Source of the DNA: Vitrella brassicaformis CCMP3155
Taxonomy: Eukaryota > Protista > Chromerida
Direction of reading: 5' to 3'
Assembly (NCBI GenBank): GCA_001179505.1
Contig: CDMY01000299.1
Location: 1 to 64,000, forward strand
DNA: 64,000 nucleotides
Part shown: positions 12,217-23,781 of the stretch, piece by piece
Numbering within the stretch: position 1 is the stretch's first letter
Layout: the number at the start of each line of letters is the position of its first letter
Notes under the pieces: model-generated
Seen by the model: only the letters and a program-made list of their open reading frames with translations
The model's database searches: none
What the model was told of the DNA's origin: nothing
Position numbers and translations under genes: made by a program

Positions 12217-13673
12217 TTATCCGACCTGTCCGGACTGCCAGCTGCATGTACACTGACCCTCATCGTCTCCCTGGTCTTGTTTCTGGTAGATGGCCATATC
12301 TGCGATGGTGTTGCCCAGCAGGCCGCCCACGAGAGGGGCGGTAGTGGGCCGGCGGTCCTTGAAGGCATCCGATGCATCACCCACTGGCGGCTCGGTGGTG
12401 ACGACCCGAACACACACTGCACTCAGCGAAACAGCGCAACGCGTCAAAGGGTGGGTGGCATTATCAATCATACCATCCCTTCCATCCCTTCCTTGCCTGT
12501 GTTGGTTTCGCTGGGGATGATGAGATCGATCCATGCGACGAACGGGCGGTCGAATGGCGTCAGCAGCAGAGTCCGGCACTCTGCAGGGGGAACCATATCG
12601 TCGAACCTGTGCGCCATGACGGCGCTGCAGCCGTTGGGCGGCTGGTGCGGCAAGTGGTTCATGAGGCCGTGCAGCACACCGCCGTGGGCATGTCTGAAGA
12701 GGCCAACACAGAACAGAGGAAGAGGCCGTGATAAATGGATGTGCGTGTCTGCGTCTGAGTGTGGTGTGGTGTGGTGTGGTGTGTCCTGCGTACCTGTCGA
12801 CCAGAACCACAGGAGCATGGCCCCAATTTGCTGGCCACATGATGACCCTCATGATGAAGGCCGACACTGAGGCATCAGTGGTCACCTCAGCACCTGCCGT
12901 CCAGCTGTCCCCCTGTGGGTCGATCGAGGATCTGACGGGCGGGTTGCCGTCGATGATGTGTGGGTGGTATGGGTGAGCAGGGGGGAGGGGGGGATTGATG
13001 TCCAGCTCGAAGCCAGGCGCGTCACGCAGGGCGCGCACACCGCCGCCCGGCTGGTCGAAAAGCTCAAAACGGCCGTAGTTGCCGCCGAACTCGACGTGTC
13101 TGCCGACCATCTTCCACAACGCAACCACACGCACATCGGCCAAATACGCCTGCACGGACACAGACAAACACATGAGTGCCAACTATCCCACCCTGATTAC
13201 GGCCACCTGTTGGCTATCGTGCCTCTGCAGGTCACATGCGACCGGGAGCTGACAGTAGCCGTACTGCGCTGCCAGCTTCAGCGCATCGGCCACCTCTGTC
13301 CACTGCTGTGTGTCCATCAGCCAGATGGCCTTGAGCAGCAGAGGGCGGTCGAGCTGCGCGTCGAATGTGATGATGGTGTGCAATCCCTTGGCCGACAGGC
13401 AGCGATTGAGTCGGTTGCGCAGGACAGACACGTGGGGAGAAGTCGACGGACCAGAGGAAGTGCGCCGTGGCTCTGAGGCTGCCGACCTCCGACAGGCTGC
13501 ACACAGGCAAAGCACAACACACACACACACACAACTGCCTCTCCCCTTCCCTCATCCGTTCGTGTGTCCTGTGCGTACGTGTGCAGGGCATCTCTGTGGG
13601 CTTTGTGGAGGAAATCGAGTGTATGGCCATCGATGACGGCACCATGGCCGTCCGCAGTGTGGTTATTGCCCAT
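12217..13673 (-). pseudogene. Member of an apparently lineage-specific family with a 1-nt frameshift (pseudogene or assembly error); acidic extra exons may extend to ~11980
   Basis: Exons read MGNNHT..LSEVGSLRATAHFLWSVDFS [frame change at ttctccccacgtg, ~13430-13442] HVSVLRNRL..LLKAIWLMD..LPV / FELDINPPLPPAHPY..PPVRSSI / VVTTEPP..FKDRRPTT. The family assignment is from recollection. Confidence 0.55.
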
Positions 13674-13841
13674 CTTGCAGTCTACGAGGACGGATGACCA
13701 GGTCCTTAAGTGCACGTCACCTACCTTCGCGCGACCGCTGGTTGCTCTTGGGAGGGCTTCGATGTCTAAATCATCTTGCGATCGGTCTAAGCTCGCTGAC
13801 TTGCGCTGGCGACACTCACACCAGCGGAGAGACACGCAGTC

Positions 13842-14711
13842 ATGAACACTATGAGCGCCTTCTTTCTCTTTGGCTTCGTTCTCCCTGGTCGGGCAGTTGA
13901 AAGATCACGACTCAAGCGCACTCTGGTTGGATGTTTCCTGTATGCGCGTAGAATCTACAAGATCGGCTCTTCCCTCGAGGATATCGGAAATGACGCCACA
14001 ATCGTTCATCAGATCAACCAAATGATTGAGATCAACGTAAGTCGGGCGGGTCAGCGGAAGGGCGAACACGGATCCATCCATGGCGTTCGCTGTGCTGCAT
14101 GCAGGAGGTGCGCATCCCGTCAGAGTAAGCAGCTGCAGCGAGTGGCATGCGTTCTTGTTTGCTTGGTCTGCCGCTGCTGCAGGTTCCGCTTACCTTTTGT
14201 CCTGTCTCGCGTGATGTGGACCAGGAGATCGTCCAGCCCGTCCTGACCGTATGGCGAACGTTGGGGAAGAACATGACGGATGCGCACCACACCGAGGCAC
14301 AGCCCTGCCGTGGCCTACCATTTCCAGAACCCGGTATCTATATCAGCCGCCAGGACACAAGAGAACGGCCAACACCACACGGAATTGGATGTGTTTTCTC
14401 AGAGGATGTGTTCGCTGCCCGGAAGGGAATTGTGCAGGAGGCCCGCCGGATCGTGGCCGAGGCAGGCTACGAGCTCTCGGCCCAGAACGTCATGACAGTG
14501 ATTGGTAAGCTCCGAAAGCATGCCATGATGTTTTTCTGCCGCCACACACTCGGCATTCTGTGACGCTGACGCTGCAGTACCACGACCTCGTGTGGGAGGT
14601 ACACATACGGCACGCCCGTCTGCTGTCGCCCATGGTATTTTGTCTGTCTTTACCTCTCAGATGGAAGAGGTGGGAGAGGCGCTCGACCGTCTGCAGAAGA
14701 ATGAGTACTAA
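13842..14711 (+). CDS. Hypothetical spliced protein
   Basis: Strong GTAAGT donor after ..QMIEIN joins in phase 0 to VPLTFCP..AGYELSAQNVMTV. The 3' exons are ambiguous in phase. Confidence 0.42.
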
Positions 14712-15102
14712 TCCACGAGGCGCATCGCAGCACGGCTGAAGCTGAAGAGGGGGCAACAGCAGAGTGTGTGGGACAACAGGAGGGCAGGCGCTTGATTGGT
14801 CTGCTGTCGCTGTAGCTAGCTGTGTATATCTCTTGACATACATGTGTTTGTGTGGTGGTGCGGCCGTTGGTTCTGCTATGACGGAGAAGGATTAGCCTCG
14901 TCCCGCCTCCCTGATACATGGCATGCCGACACGTGGATAGCTTTCGCCACTCGCTTTGTAATCGATTGACTGTTGTGTATGGCTGGGTGAGTGTTTAATG
15001 AGCGCCCGGTCGTCTTTGGCGGCAGTGAAAAGGGGGATCTGTGAGTGTCGTGCTGGTCTGTATGTGTATAGCTGTTCCATCTGTAAGTGAGCCAGCCGGT
15101 GG

Positions 15103-15171
15103 ACCGAGTCGGTAACGCTTTCTCTCTGATCGCATTACCGTCACGGTCGGACCGTCACGGACCGACTCGGT
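15103..15171. repeat. Array of four ACCG-N3-CGG(T/A) dyads; the outer two form an 11-bp perfect inverted repeat
   Basis: accgagtcggt (15103), accgtcacggt (15137), accgtcacgga (15151), accgactcggt (15161). Confidence 0.85.
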
Positions 15172-15202
15172 AAGTCTGGTCCGGACTCTGGTCGGTACGC
15201 AT

Positions 15203-15313
15203 GTGTGTGGGGTGTCCATCAAGGAGCGCTGAGACAATGACATACAGATACATACATGTCAACCGCAATGCCGACTCAAAACTATTGAGTCCACACACGA
15301 CAAACTCAAGTCC
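15203..15313 (+). repeat. Dispersed repeat B, copy 2
   Basis: Direct repeat of 11533-11646. Confidence 0.9.
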
Positions 15314-15383
15314 TTCTCACAAAAATAGCGTCTGACTCTAGCGTCGTCCAATCATTGTGCAGACGGCAGCCACACAGACGCCC

Positions 15384-16485
15384 TCACAGCTTGGCGGCGA
15401 TCTTCTGGTCCCTCTCCTTGATCTTCGCCACCAGCCTCTCGCTGTAGGCCTTGAGTGACGCCGGCACCACCGGCTGTGCAAAGGGGCTCCCAGGCAGCCG
15501 GGCAAAGTCGATGCCCAGCTGGGGTGTCACTCGTATCACCAGACCACTCGGCTGACAGTCACATAAGGGCAAGGAAATAAAGCGACACACACTGGTTCGG
15601 GCCCGACTCACCAGCGATTTGTTCTTGACGGCCTCCACAGCCGCTGTGGAGACAACCTCGGGAGGCAGCAGGGCACCTGTGTGGGGGGTGGACACAGATC
15701 AATGCGCCGACAGTGCCATGGTATGACATGCCTGCGGCTAATCGTGCCTCGCTGCCTGCAGGCGCACCGACAGACGGCGTGCCCACCTGACTTCTCGATG
15801 GCATGGATGAATTTCCTGCTTTGGTGCTTGAAGACCTCCTCCATCTGGTGGACAGAACCAACACACACAGATGAATGAATGAAGCACCCCTTCCTCTCCC
15901 TCCCTCCTTCCCTGTGTGTGTATGTGTGTGTACCATTGGTGTGTCGACGTAATTGGGGCAGATGGTGTACACACGAACGTCTGCACACACACGAACAGAG
16001 TCGCCGAGTCCCTGTTGGATTTTCCACTCTCTCCGTCCCCTCACTCACTTGTGCGTTGCATGTACGCCGCGATGGCTCGTGAGAACATCACGACAGCAGC
16101 CTTGAGACCAGAATAGATGGGCTGGAAGGGCAGCGGAATCAGACCAGCTGAACGGATGACGCACACACACACACACACACACACANNNNNNNNNNNNNNN
16201 NNNNNNNNNNNNNNNNNNNNNNNNNNNNNNNNNNNNNNNNNNNNNNNNNNNNNNNNNNNNNNNNNNNNNNNNNNNNNNNNNNNNNNNNNNNNNNNNNNNN
16301 NNNNNNNNNNNNNNNNNNNNNNNNNNNNNNNNNNNNNNNNNNNNNNNNNNNNNNNNNNNNNNNNNNNNNNNNNNNNNNNNNNNNNNNNNNNNNNNNNNNN
16401 NNNNNNNNNNNNNNNNNNNNNNNNNNNNNNNNNNNNNNNNNNNNNNNNNNNNNNNNNNNNNNNNNNNNNNNNNNNNNNNNNNNNN

Positions 16486-16527
<42 letters not shown>

Positions 16528-17218
16528 CATGAAGCGGGTGGATAGGTGAAGGGGTCTGGTGACCCCACCGACCCATGGATGATATGTTGACGATGACCAG
16601 GTCTGTGTCGTCGTCTTCACCGTCGCCCTCGTCTTCTTCACGGCGAGCCGAGAAGCTGTCGACCGCCACCTTGCTGCCCAGTATCACACCAAGCAGACCC
16701 ACTGACACACACACACACACACACAGACCCATGAGTACACGAGCCCACCCTCCTTTGCCCACACTGACCATCGAGTATGCTTCGAATGTCGTCCACCGCT
16801 GCATCGGTCAGTGGCTCCCCATACATGATTTTCTCCTCGTCCCTGCCGCGGAAGGCACAGTTGGCCACGATTGTGACCCTCCTGCGCCGCCGCCAGCTGT
16901 CGCCCACTCGATTGTCAGACAGCTCCTCAGCGTAGTGGAACGCTCCGCGCACCGCGTGGTGGTCACTGACGTCGCACTCACAGTAGGAGAGCGACCCAAG
17001 CTGGCCGCTGCCGGCATTCCTTCTTGTTTGTGCGTCTGGTGGCATGGTCTTGTCTGCAACGAGCACGTCAGCTCCCTCATTCTGCAGTGCCTTCGCGATG
17101 GACAAGCCGATTCCTGAAGCGCCGCCAAACACCTGACGGAAAGCATAAGCGAACCAACGGGATGAAAACCTTGATGAATGGCATTGCCTACCACTGCTAC
17201 GCGTCCAGACAGTGTCAT
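15384..17218 (-). CDS. Classical short-chain dehydrogenase/reductase (15-PGDH-like) with C-terminal PTS1-type AKL
   Basis: VAVVFGGASGIG (GxxxGIG), CDVS, NISSMAG, YSGLK (YxxxK), ICPNYVDTPM; ends ..KIAAKL*. The N-gap falls inside an intron: SSM|AGL joins in phase across it. Confidence 0.92.
16186..16485. other. Assembly gap (300 N) inside a (CA)n intronic microsatellite
   Basis: N run flanked by CA repeats on both sides. Confidence 0.99.
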
Positions 17219-17360
17219 CTTGAGAGATCAACCGACGATGGCGCTTGGGGACGGATTATGGCGAGATGATCCCGCGATTGAAGATCTTGCTCACCACCGA
17301 CGAAGGAAAGGAATGAGGGCGCTGCAGCATCACACGCCAAATGCGACGAGACGAAATAAA

Positions 17361-17368
17361 AGCTCGCA
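17361..17368 (-). promoter_or_regulatory. TGCGAGCT candidate promoter element
   Basis: 142 nt upstream of the SDR ATG, same strand. Confidence 0.55.
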
Positions 17369-18495
17369 CGCGATGAAGGAGCCGCGATTGAATTGATGTT
17401 TTCCTGCACTATATGGCTTCCTGTAGCACGGAGGAAGCCGATGGGCCTCAGTGCGCCTCAAAAAAGCGAGATTTGTCCAGCGAGAATCGCTTTTGCGACA
17501 AACAAGAAGCGATCTTCGGCAGGCGCACCGGCCCAAATCTCCTGACGGTGAGGCAGCGAAACAGATCAACGAAGCACTCACGTGCGTGTGTCTGTGCAGG
17601 TCGCCGAGCTTGTGAAGCGTCGAGTCATTTGGTCATTCGCACACCTACATGAGCAATTGCAAACCAATGATGGATGCACTTTGTGTGTCAAGGAAGTGGT
17701 TTGTGTATGTGTGTATGTGTGGCTGGCTGACTGGCTGGGGTGGGTGGATGGGTAAGGTGCGTGGGTCTGTATCTGTATTCGCTCGCTGTATGCTTGATTT
17801 TATGTATTTCTCCATTCTCGATTGCATGTATATTTGGCTACTCACGTGTCTTGTCCTGGCCCTTCTCACTGCCAATCAGCACGCAAGAATCGCACCGTTT
17901 GTGAATCCGATGCCTGCGTGCTGTGAGGGTTGGCTTCTTGGTATCACCACGTGCGTGTGTAGGTGTCTCTGTGTGCGAGTGGATATGGCATGGTCAGTAG
18001 GATGTTGCATTTAAGTTCGAGTATAGGCAGGCAGCTTGTAGGCAGGCTTGTGTAGAGTGTGTCTTGGCCGTGGCCATGCAGTTGATCGGCCCTGCTGTGT
18101 GCTGCGTGAAGCCTCGCTCTCGCGTCATGATAATAGAGATGGAGAAACGCAATTGCAATCGCAACCATGTACACGTGTGTGTGTGTGTGTGTGTGCGTGT
18201 CGACTCCTGCCCGTGTGTGAATATGTGGCGACACCACGATTCGAATATTTGCCTAGAAGTTATTTCTGTCGTGCATTTGCAAGACAGTTCATGACATTGA
18301 AGGGAAAGCATGTGACCAAACAATCAATCACTGTATCTCGTGGATAAAGGAAGGAGCGACACGGATACATTCAATATGTCAACATCAAACCAGACCTCCA
18401 CACACACGAATGCAAAGTGCAAGGTGCCGCGCGGCACGTCAAAACACCGCCTCCAGTGTGTGTCCACAGACAAGGTGCCGGCATGCCAGCCAGCA

Positions 18496-20329
18496 TCACA
18501 AGGGCAGCTGCATCGGCACACTAGGCCTCTGAGCCATCACATACCTCCCCCCGGCTTCCGCGCTCTCCCTCCTCGACGCGGCTCCGCTGACAACACCACG
18601 GGGGCTTCCCACGCCGCCCAGACTGTTGCGCCCGCTCCCGACGCCGCCCAGGCTGTGTCGCCCGCTGCCCATGCCGCCAAGGCTGTTGCGTGTAGAGCCT
18701 CTCCTCTGGTTGGGCCATACGACCGCCCAGCCCTTCCAACATCCCTCCAATAGACAATCAGGCGTGGACAGAAACCGCTGGGCCTGCAGCGAGGGTCACA
18801 GCAGACAGATGCATATATTCCCCTCGTGTCTCTCTGTGAGTGTGTCTTACTTGCAGTAGGTGGACGTTGATGCGCGGCACATCGTTGGTCTTGAGCAGCA
18901 CCTTCCGAGACACGCCGTAGGCAATGACCACGATGATTGCACCGAGGGCGAAGGTCACGATGGCCAGCGCCGTCCGGTCCACGGACTCGTATCGAGTGCC
19001 GATCTCAACCAAAGTGAAGATGACGAAGTCATAAGTGTCGTGCAGCAACACCGGCAGAGCCAAAATCTGACGACAATCACCAAAACAATCCACCTTTTGT
19101 CACTGGGAGGTCTGGTGTTGCGTGGCTGACTCTGCAGTAGTGTGTCTCCTCGTTTTTGAATTTTCGGATGGCGAGATAGCCGCCGATAATGGCGCCGTAA
19201 AAGAGATGCCCTGGCACAGCCAGAGCCATGCGCAAGGTGGCCGTCATGATCCGCGAAAGGGCGGTATTGCTGCCGAACACATAGATAAAGTTCTCTACCT
19301 GCATTGCATACAGGAATCGATCGAGGCGGAATGGGGCTGCCATGGGTGGGGTGCGTGTCGCATTCGTTGTCTCACATACCAATGCAAAGCCATTGGATGC
19401 AGCTACGGCATAGACAAGAAGTGAAGGCGGATCGGCAACATAATCCTTCCACAGCAGCCGCCTGCAAGCCACCCATCCACACACCGCAGCCTTGCATGCC
19501 GTCTCTGCCATCCTGTCGTTGTCCGACGGACTTGGTGGCAATGTATTTGAGTGTCTCTTCATAGAAACCAGCGATGATGTACGCAGATATGAAGTGGATG
19601 AAGATGGCCATGGCCAAGGTGTCGTCGGCCCTCCTCAACGCAGGCAACACAAACAGCACCAGAGGCAGCAAGATGATTATCAAAGGAATCATGTACAGAA
19701 TCGCCTCCAGGAATGAGAAAAACTCCTGAAGACGCACCGTCATGAGAGCGGTGACATGTTCGGACGGAAAGGGCCCTCGCCTACCTGACTCAGGAAAACA
19801 TGCTCCTTGAAGCGCTGCAGCATCCGAAAACGGAAAGACACGCATGGTGCATTCACTCATGGCTCTCGGACTCACCCACCCAATGGACATATCCCTGAAT
19901 CAGCAAACTTGGCATCACCGTCAATAAAGCAAGGCCAATCGCTCCAAGACCCGCAACAGTAAAGAGGTACGCAGCCACCACCCCAGCCACGCTAGCAATG
20001 ACGTAGAGAAGAAGGAACGCCGCCGTCCTGTTGACGCACTTGCCGGTGAAGAAGTCCACAGATGGCACAGCAGGGATTTGCTGTGTCTGCCTTTCGACAA
20101 GGGGTCCTGGCCCAGGGAGCTGCCCAGGGGGAAGCAGCAGCTGGGGCTGCCCCACAGGGGCGGGTTGGGGCTGGGATTGGGTGGCTGCTGCAGGTGTGGG
20201 AGGTGCTGAGAAGCGAGGGGGGAGTGCCGGTGCTAGGGTAGTGGGAGGGGCTGGGCTGGAGTAGTACAGCCGAGGAGGCGGCCGTATGCGTGTTGGACTC
20301 CATGGTGGGGCATCAGCTGGAGGGCCCAT
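18496..20329 (-). CDS. PrsW-family (M82) intramembrane protease with Pro/Gln-rich N-terminus
   Basis: Multiple TM helices with motifs AGFYEETLKY, ENFIY, AVPGH and PVLLHDTYDF in the PrsW order. Confidence 0.85.
18604..18690 (-). repeat. 3 x 30-nt coding tandem repeat, R(N/H)SLGG(M/V)GS(G/P)
   Basis: Period-30 units start at 18611, 18641 and 18671. Confidence 0.9.
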
Positions 20330-20443
20330 CGCTCAAGGGAACACAAGGGCGTGGAGGAAGTCGAGAAAGGGGCCAAGGTAAATTCTCGGAAAGATTGCGG
20401 CGCTGCGTCCAACAACGGGATTCCGCAGATCTGCCGACCAGCC

Positions 20444-20881
20444 ATGAATCGTCTGCAGCTGGTGCAGACACTCGTCCTGGTGTCAGCATGTTGCGTTTGG
20501 GCCGCTCAGCTGCAGCGCCTTCGTCGGGACACGGCTGCCATCCAATCGCACCGAAATGCCACATCTCTTCTCGGCCAAGGCCTTTGCAATGACAACACCA
20601 CCGTGTGCAACTGCCACTGCCATTGCCCCGAGCACCCTCCGCCTCCCGCGCCAACCGTCGTGCCGTATGCTGTGTCGACCACCCTGCCGCCTTCCGTTCC
20701 GCCCGCTGCACCATCGCTGCCGGATGTCATGGCACAGAAGACCGGAAATGGTGAGGATGATCTGCCTTACGGTGAGTCTGGGGCGTCCCTGGTGGAACGG
20801 AAGAGGCCTGACGTGTGTCCGGATGGTTTGGCATGCCACTGCATGTGTCAGTGTCTCGATGCTCTGGTCCCGCCCGGCTGA
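20444..20881 (+). CDS. Single-exon secreted protein with two CxCxC motifs and a Pro/Thr linker
   Basis: Signal MNRLQLVQTLVLVSACCVWA; VCNCHCHCPEHPPPP and VCPDGLACHCMCQC lie in one ORF. Confidence 0.65.
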   Translation: MNRLQLVQTLVLVSACCVWAAQLQRLRRDTAAIQSHRNATSLLGQGLCNDNTTVCNCHCHCPEHPPPPAPTVVPYAVSTTLPPSVPPAAPSLPDVMAQKTGNGEDDLPYGESGASLVERKRPDVCPDGLACHCMCQCLDALVPPG

Positions 20882-21456
20882 TGGGTAGGGATCTCTAGAT
20901 GGTAGATAGGGAGTGTTCTTTTCAACCCGTTGTGACTCGATTCATGCATGGCAGACACACCAGAGTCGTGCGAGTCACGGTCATCGCATTCAAGTGTTCG
21001 TATGTCATCTATCGTCTGCGGGCGACCAGAAGGCGTACCGCATGATGTCTAGCCTCTCACCAGTTGGGACGGCAGGCTTCATGCGTAGACCCTTCCGGCC
21101 CGACTGCAGACGACAGACGACCAACAGACGCACAATACTGTACACACACGCCGATACCACGACAGAGAATCAGCCTTTTATCTCACTTCTATACAGGCGC
21201 ACACGCCCACAACGCACCTGTTCTTCGATCTGTGTCGTGTTCGATGGAACCTGCCTACCATGTTCTGGCTCTGACTGGGTCAATCAGCACCAGGGAACGT
21301 TCGAGCAGCTGGCTGTCATTGAACACATCCCGCCCGACCGACACGCAACGATAGAGCACGAACATCACACAAATGAGCCAAGACACTCGGAAAAATACAT
21401 ACGAAGACATGTGGACACCACTCAGGCCAGAGAAACCGCCGCCATCTTCTCTCTCC

Positions 21457-22708
21457 TCATGCGGCCCTCGGCATGGTCGGCAGCATCATCATGGCGTGTT
21501 GTACAGTGACCAGCAGCACGAGCCTCCGATACATGCTCAGCGTCACACCCCACTTAAACAGCGTGCCGGGACCGAACTGCAGCACGATGCTGTCCGACCA
21601 GCCGTCGGGCAGGCCCCGCATACGGTACGCAGGCCAGTTCTCGGGCGGCCGGGGCTCCACCCCGGTATGCTCTCCTCTCCTCTCACCAGACAGCCCACCT
21701 GACACAGCACACCACAGACAAGGCGCGAAATCCGCCGTCGCGATGGCGCATGCGTGTGTCGTTGTGATGTCAGTTGTGATGTCAGTCCCACTCTCTCTTA
21801 TCAGTACGGAGCTCACCTCTGATGGCGAGTGTCTGCATGTCGCGCAGCCAGGGTATGCCCTCCTCGCGAGAAGCGAACAGCAGGCCCACCGCACGGATGG
21901 AGGGAGATGGGATCCGGCCGCTGTGGAAGGGGGAGGGCGCAGCGAACAGAGAAGACAGCAGTGAATAACGGGCGTCCTGCCACACGACCTGAAGACGGAC
22001 ACACAAAACATCAAACAACATCAAGAACGAAAAACGATGAGACTTTCTCTCTGCGTTTGCGTACCATAGCCCAGGAGTCATCATCGGGCGGACGCCCCAA
22101 AGGCAGCGGCACAGGGACCGGCGGCCGCTCCCTCCTCCCATCAGCCACCTCCCACCGACACAACTCATTCGCCCAGCCGTCGTACCACACAGACTCATGG
22201 CCAGCCACACTCGCTGATGACGGTGCGTCGGTGGGCGGCTGGGGGAGGGGGTGAGTTGACAGCGGCAGGAGGGGACGTGTCATCGATGAGGGTGCCTCTG
22301 TGGAGGGGGGGGAGGGGGTGTGGGAGGCTGTGGGGGGGTCGATGAATGCGAGCAGCGACGAACGGGTGAGAACAAGGTAACGCGCCTGAGGGAAGGAAAG
22401 ACGGAAACCAAGTGGCACATGTCATGTTTGTCACATCCATCGACTCTCGCTCTTGCTCGTCGTACCTTGGAGCGCACTCGCTGCCCATTCCTCATCCGCC
22501 TGATGTCGGCGGCGATGCCCTCACGCACCTCATACACGTCGTCGCCGTCCTTGGCGCCATACACCGACACCCAGCCCTCCCTCACGACCTGGCTCCCGTC
22601 CAGCGACACTCGGCGCCTTGTTCGAGGCCACAAGCGGCCGACCACCGACCACCAAGCGCCGTGCAGGCAGTCCCACGGCGAGCAAGGGCGCTCAGCTTCA
22701 GTCGTCAT
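21457..22708 (-). CDS. PH-domain-like protein with large loop insertions
   Basis: VVREGWVSVY..ARYLVLTRSSLLAF..LLFASREEGIPWLRDM gives PH beta1, beta2/3 and the terminal Trp helix, across GT-AG introns. Confidence 0.58.
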
Positions 22709-22790
22709 CTTGCAGCATGATGCATGGATCTACACGTCAGTGTATCTTGCTGCTTCCGAGAGCGTCAACGTTTTTTCAGGCTCTAAAGCC

Positions 22791-22798
22791 TGCGAGCT
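22791..22798 (+). promoter_or_regulatory. TGCGAGCT candidate promoter element
   Basis: 32 nt before ATG 22831, in a divergent spacer. Confidence 0.6.
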
Positions 22799-22830
22799 TT
22801 GAGCTCGCGCTCGCCCCAAGATCCCTCGCG

Positions 22831-23781
22831 ATGAGCGACCGAAGATCGGAGATGAGCGACAACACCACCTACGAAGAGCTGGCCAATAATGAGGAGTTCG
22901 AGCCGGCGGCGGACGACGAGCAGGCAATGGAATACGGAATCACACTCTCACGGAAAAGGGCAGCTGACGCAGGGGGATTTTGTGTTGTGTTTGTAGATCG
23001 GGAAGCTCGTCTTCATCAAATTTGGCAAGAGGAGGTACCACGGCGTCATCTGCTGCCGCGAGATGGTGGAGACTGAGCAACATGACGACACCACAGGTGA
23101 GCAAAGCCAGATCATTCAGACAGGTGGGTTGTCTCACGTTGCCTCTCTGCTTCTCTGCTTCCAGGCGGTCCCTTGAAAGAAGCCGAGTACACCGTCATCT
23201 ACACAGACAAGACGACAGACGTCGTGACAGAGCAAATGGTCCGTCGCCACATCGTCGAGCCATCCTCCCTGCTGCCCAAGACACTCGCCACCCTCCAGGG
23301 GTACCTCAAGCACGCAAGGGAGCTGCTGCATCTCCCCCCGCTGCCCGAGCAGCCTGCCCCATCCACTGCCGCAAGCGCTCGGGTCGAGCCACAGCCTGCC
23401 GCCGCCGCCGCTGCTGCTGCTGCTGCTGGTGCCGCTGGTGCTCGGGAGGGTGAGCAGAAAGGCCAAGAGACGATGGACGAGGAGATGGCGCATGAGGATG
23501 AGCCAGGAGCCCACGAGGAAGAAGAGGCGGGTGGTCAGGAGCAGCAGGAGGAGATCCCTCCACCGCCTGCAGTCGAGGGCGACCAGGTGTCGCAGACGGG
23601 CAACATGGAGCAGCAGTCGACCCCCTCATTTTTCAGCCGTATGATGTCGCTCATCCAGCAGCCCTTCTCTTCCCTCTTCGCCGCAGCACCGGCCAGCAGC
23701 GATCGCAAGCGCAAGAGAGACGAGGAGGTGGAGGCTGGCGGGCGGGATGAGCGGCGCGGCGGTCGACGGCGGCTGGAGTGA
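22831..23781 (+). CDS. Acidic protein with a Tudor-like (PTM/DIR17-type) domain
   Basis: IGKLVFIKFGKRRYHGVI..EYTVIYTDKTTDVVTEQMV. Needs a GC-AG first intron (22924-22996). Confidence 0.62.

Noticed and set aside
16041-16804. ORFs spanning the N run; possible missing SDR exon
   Set aside because: Artefacts of the gap. The SDR exons on either side join in phase (NISSM|AGL), so no coding exon is required there.
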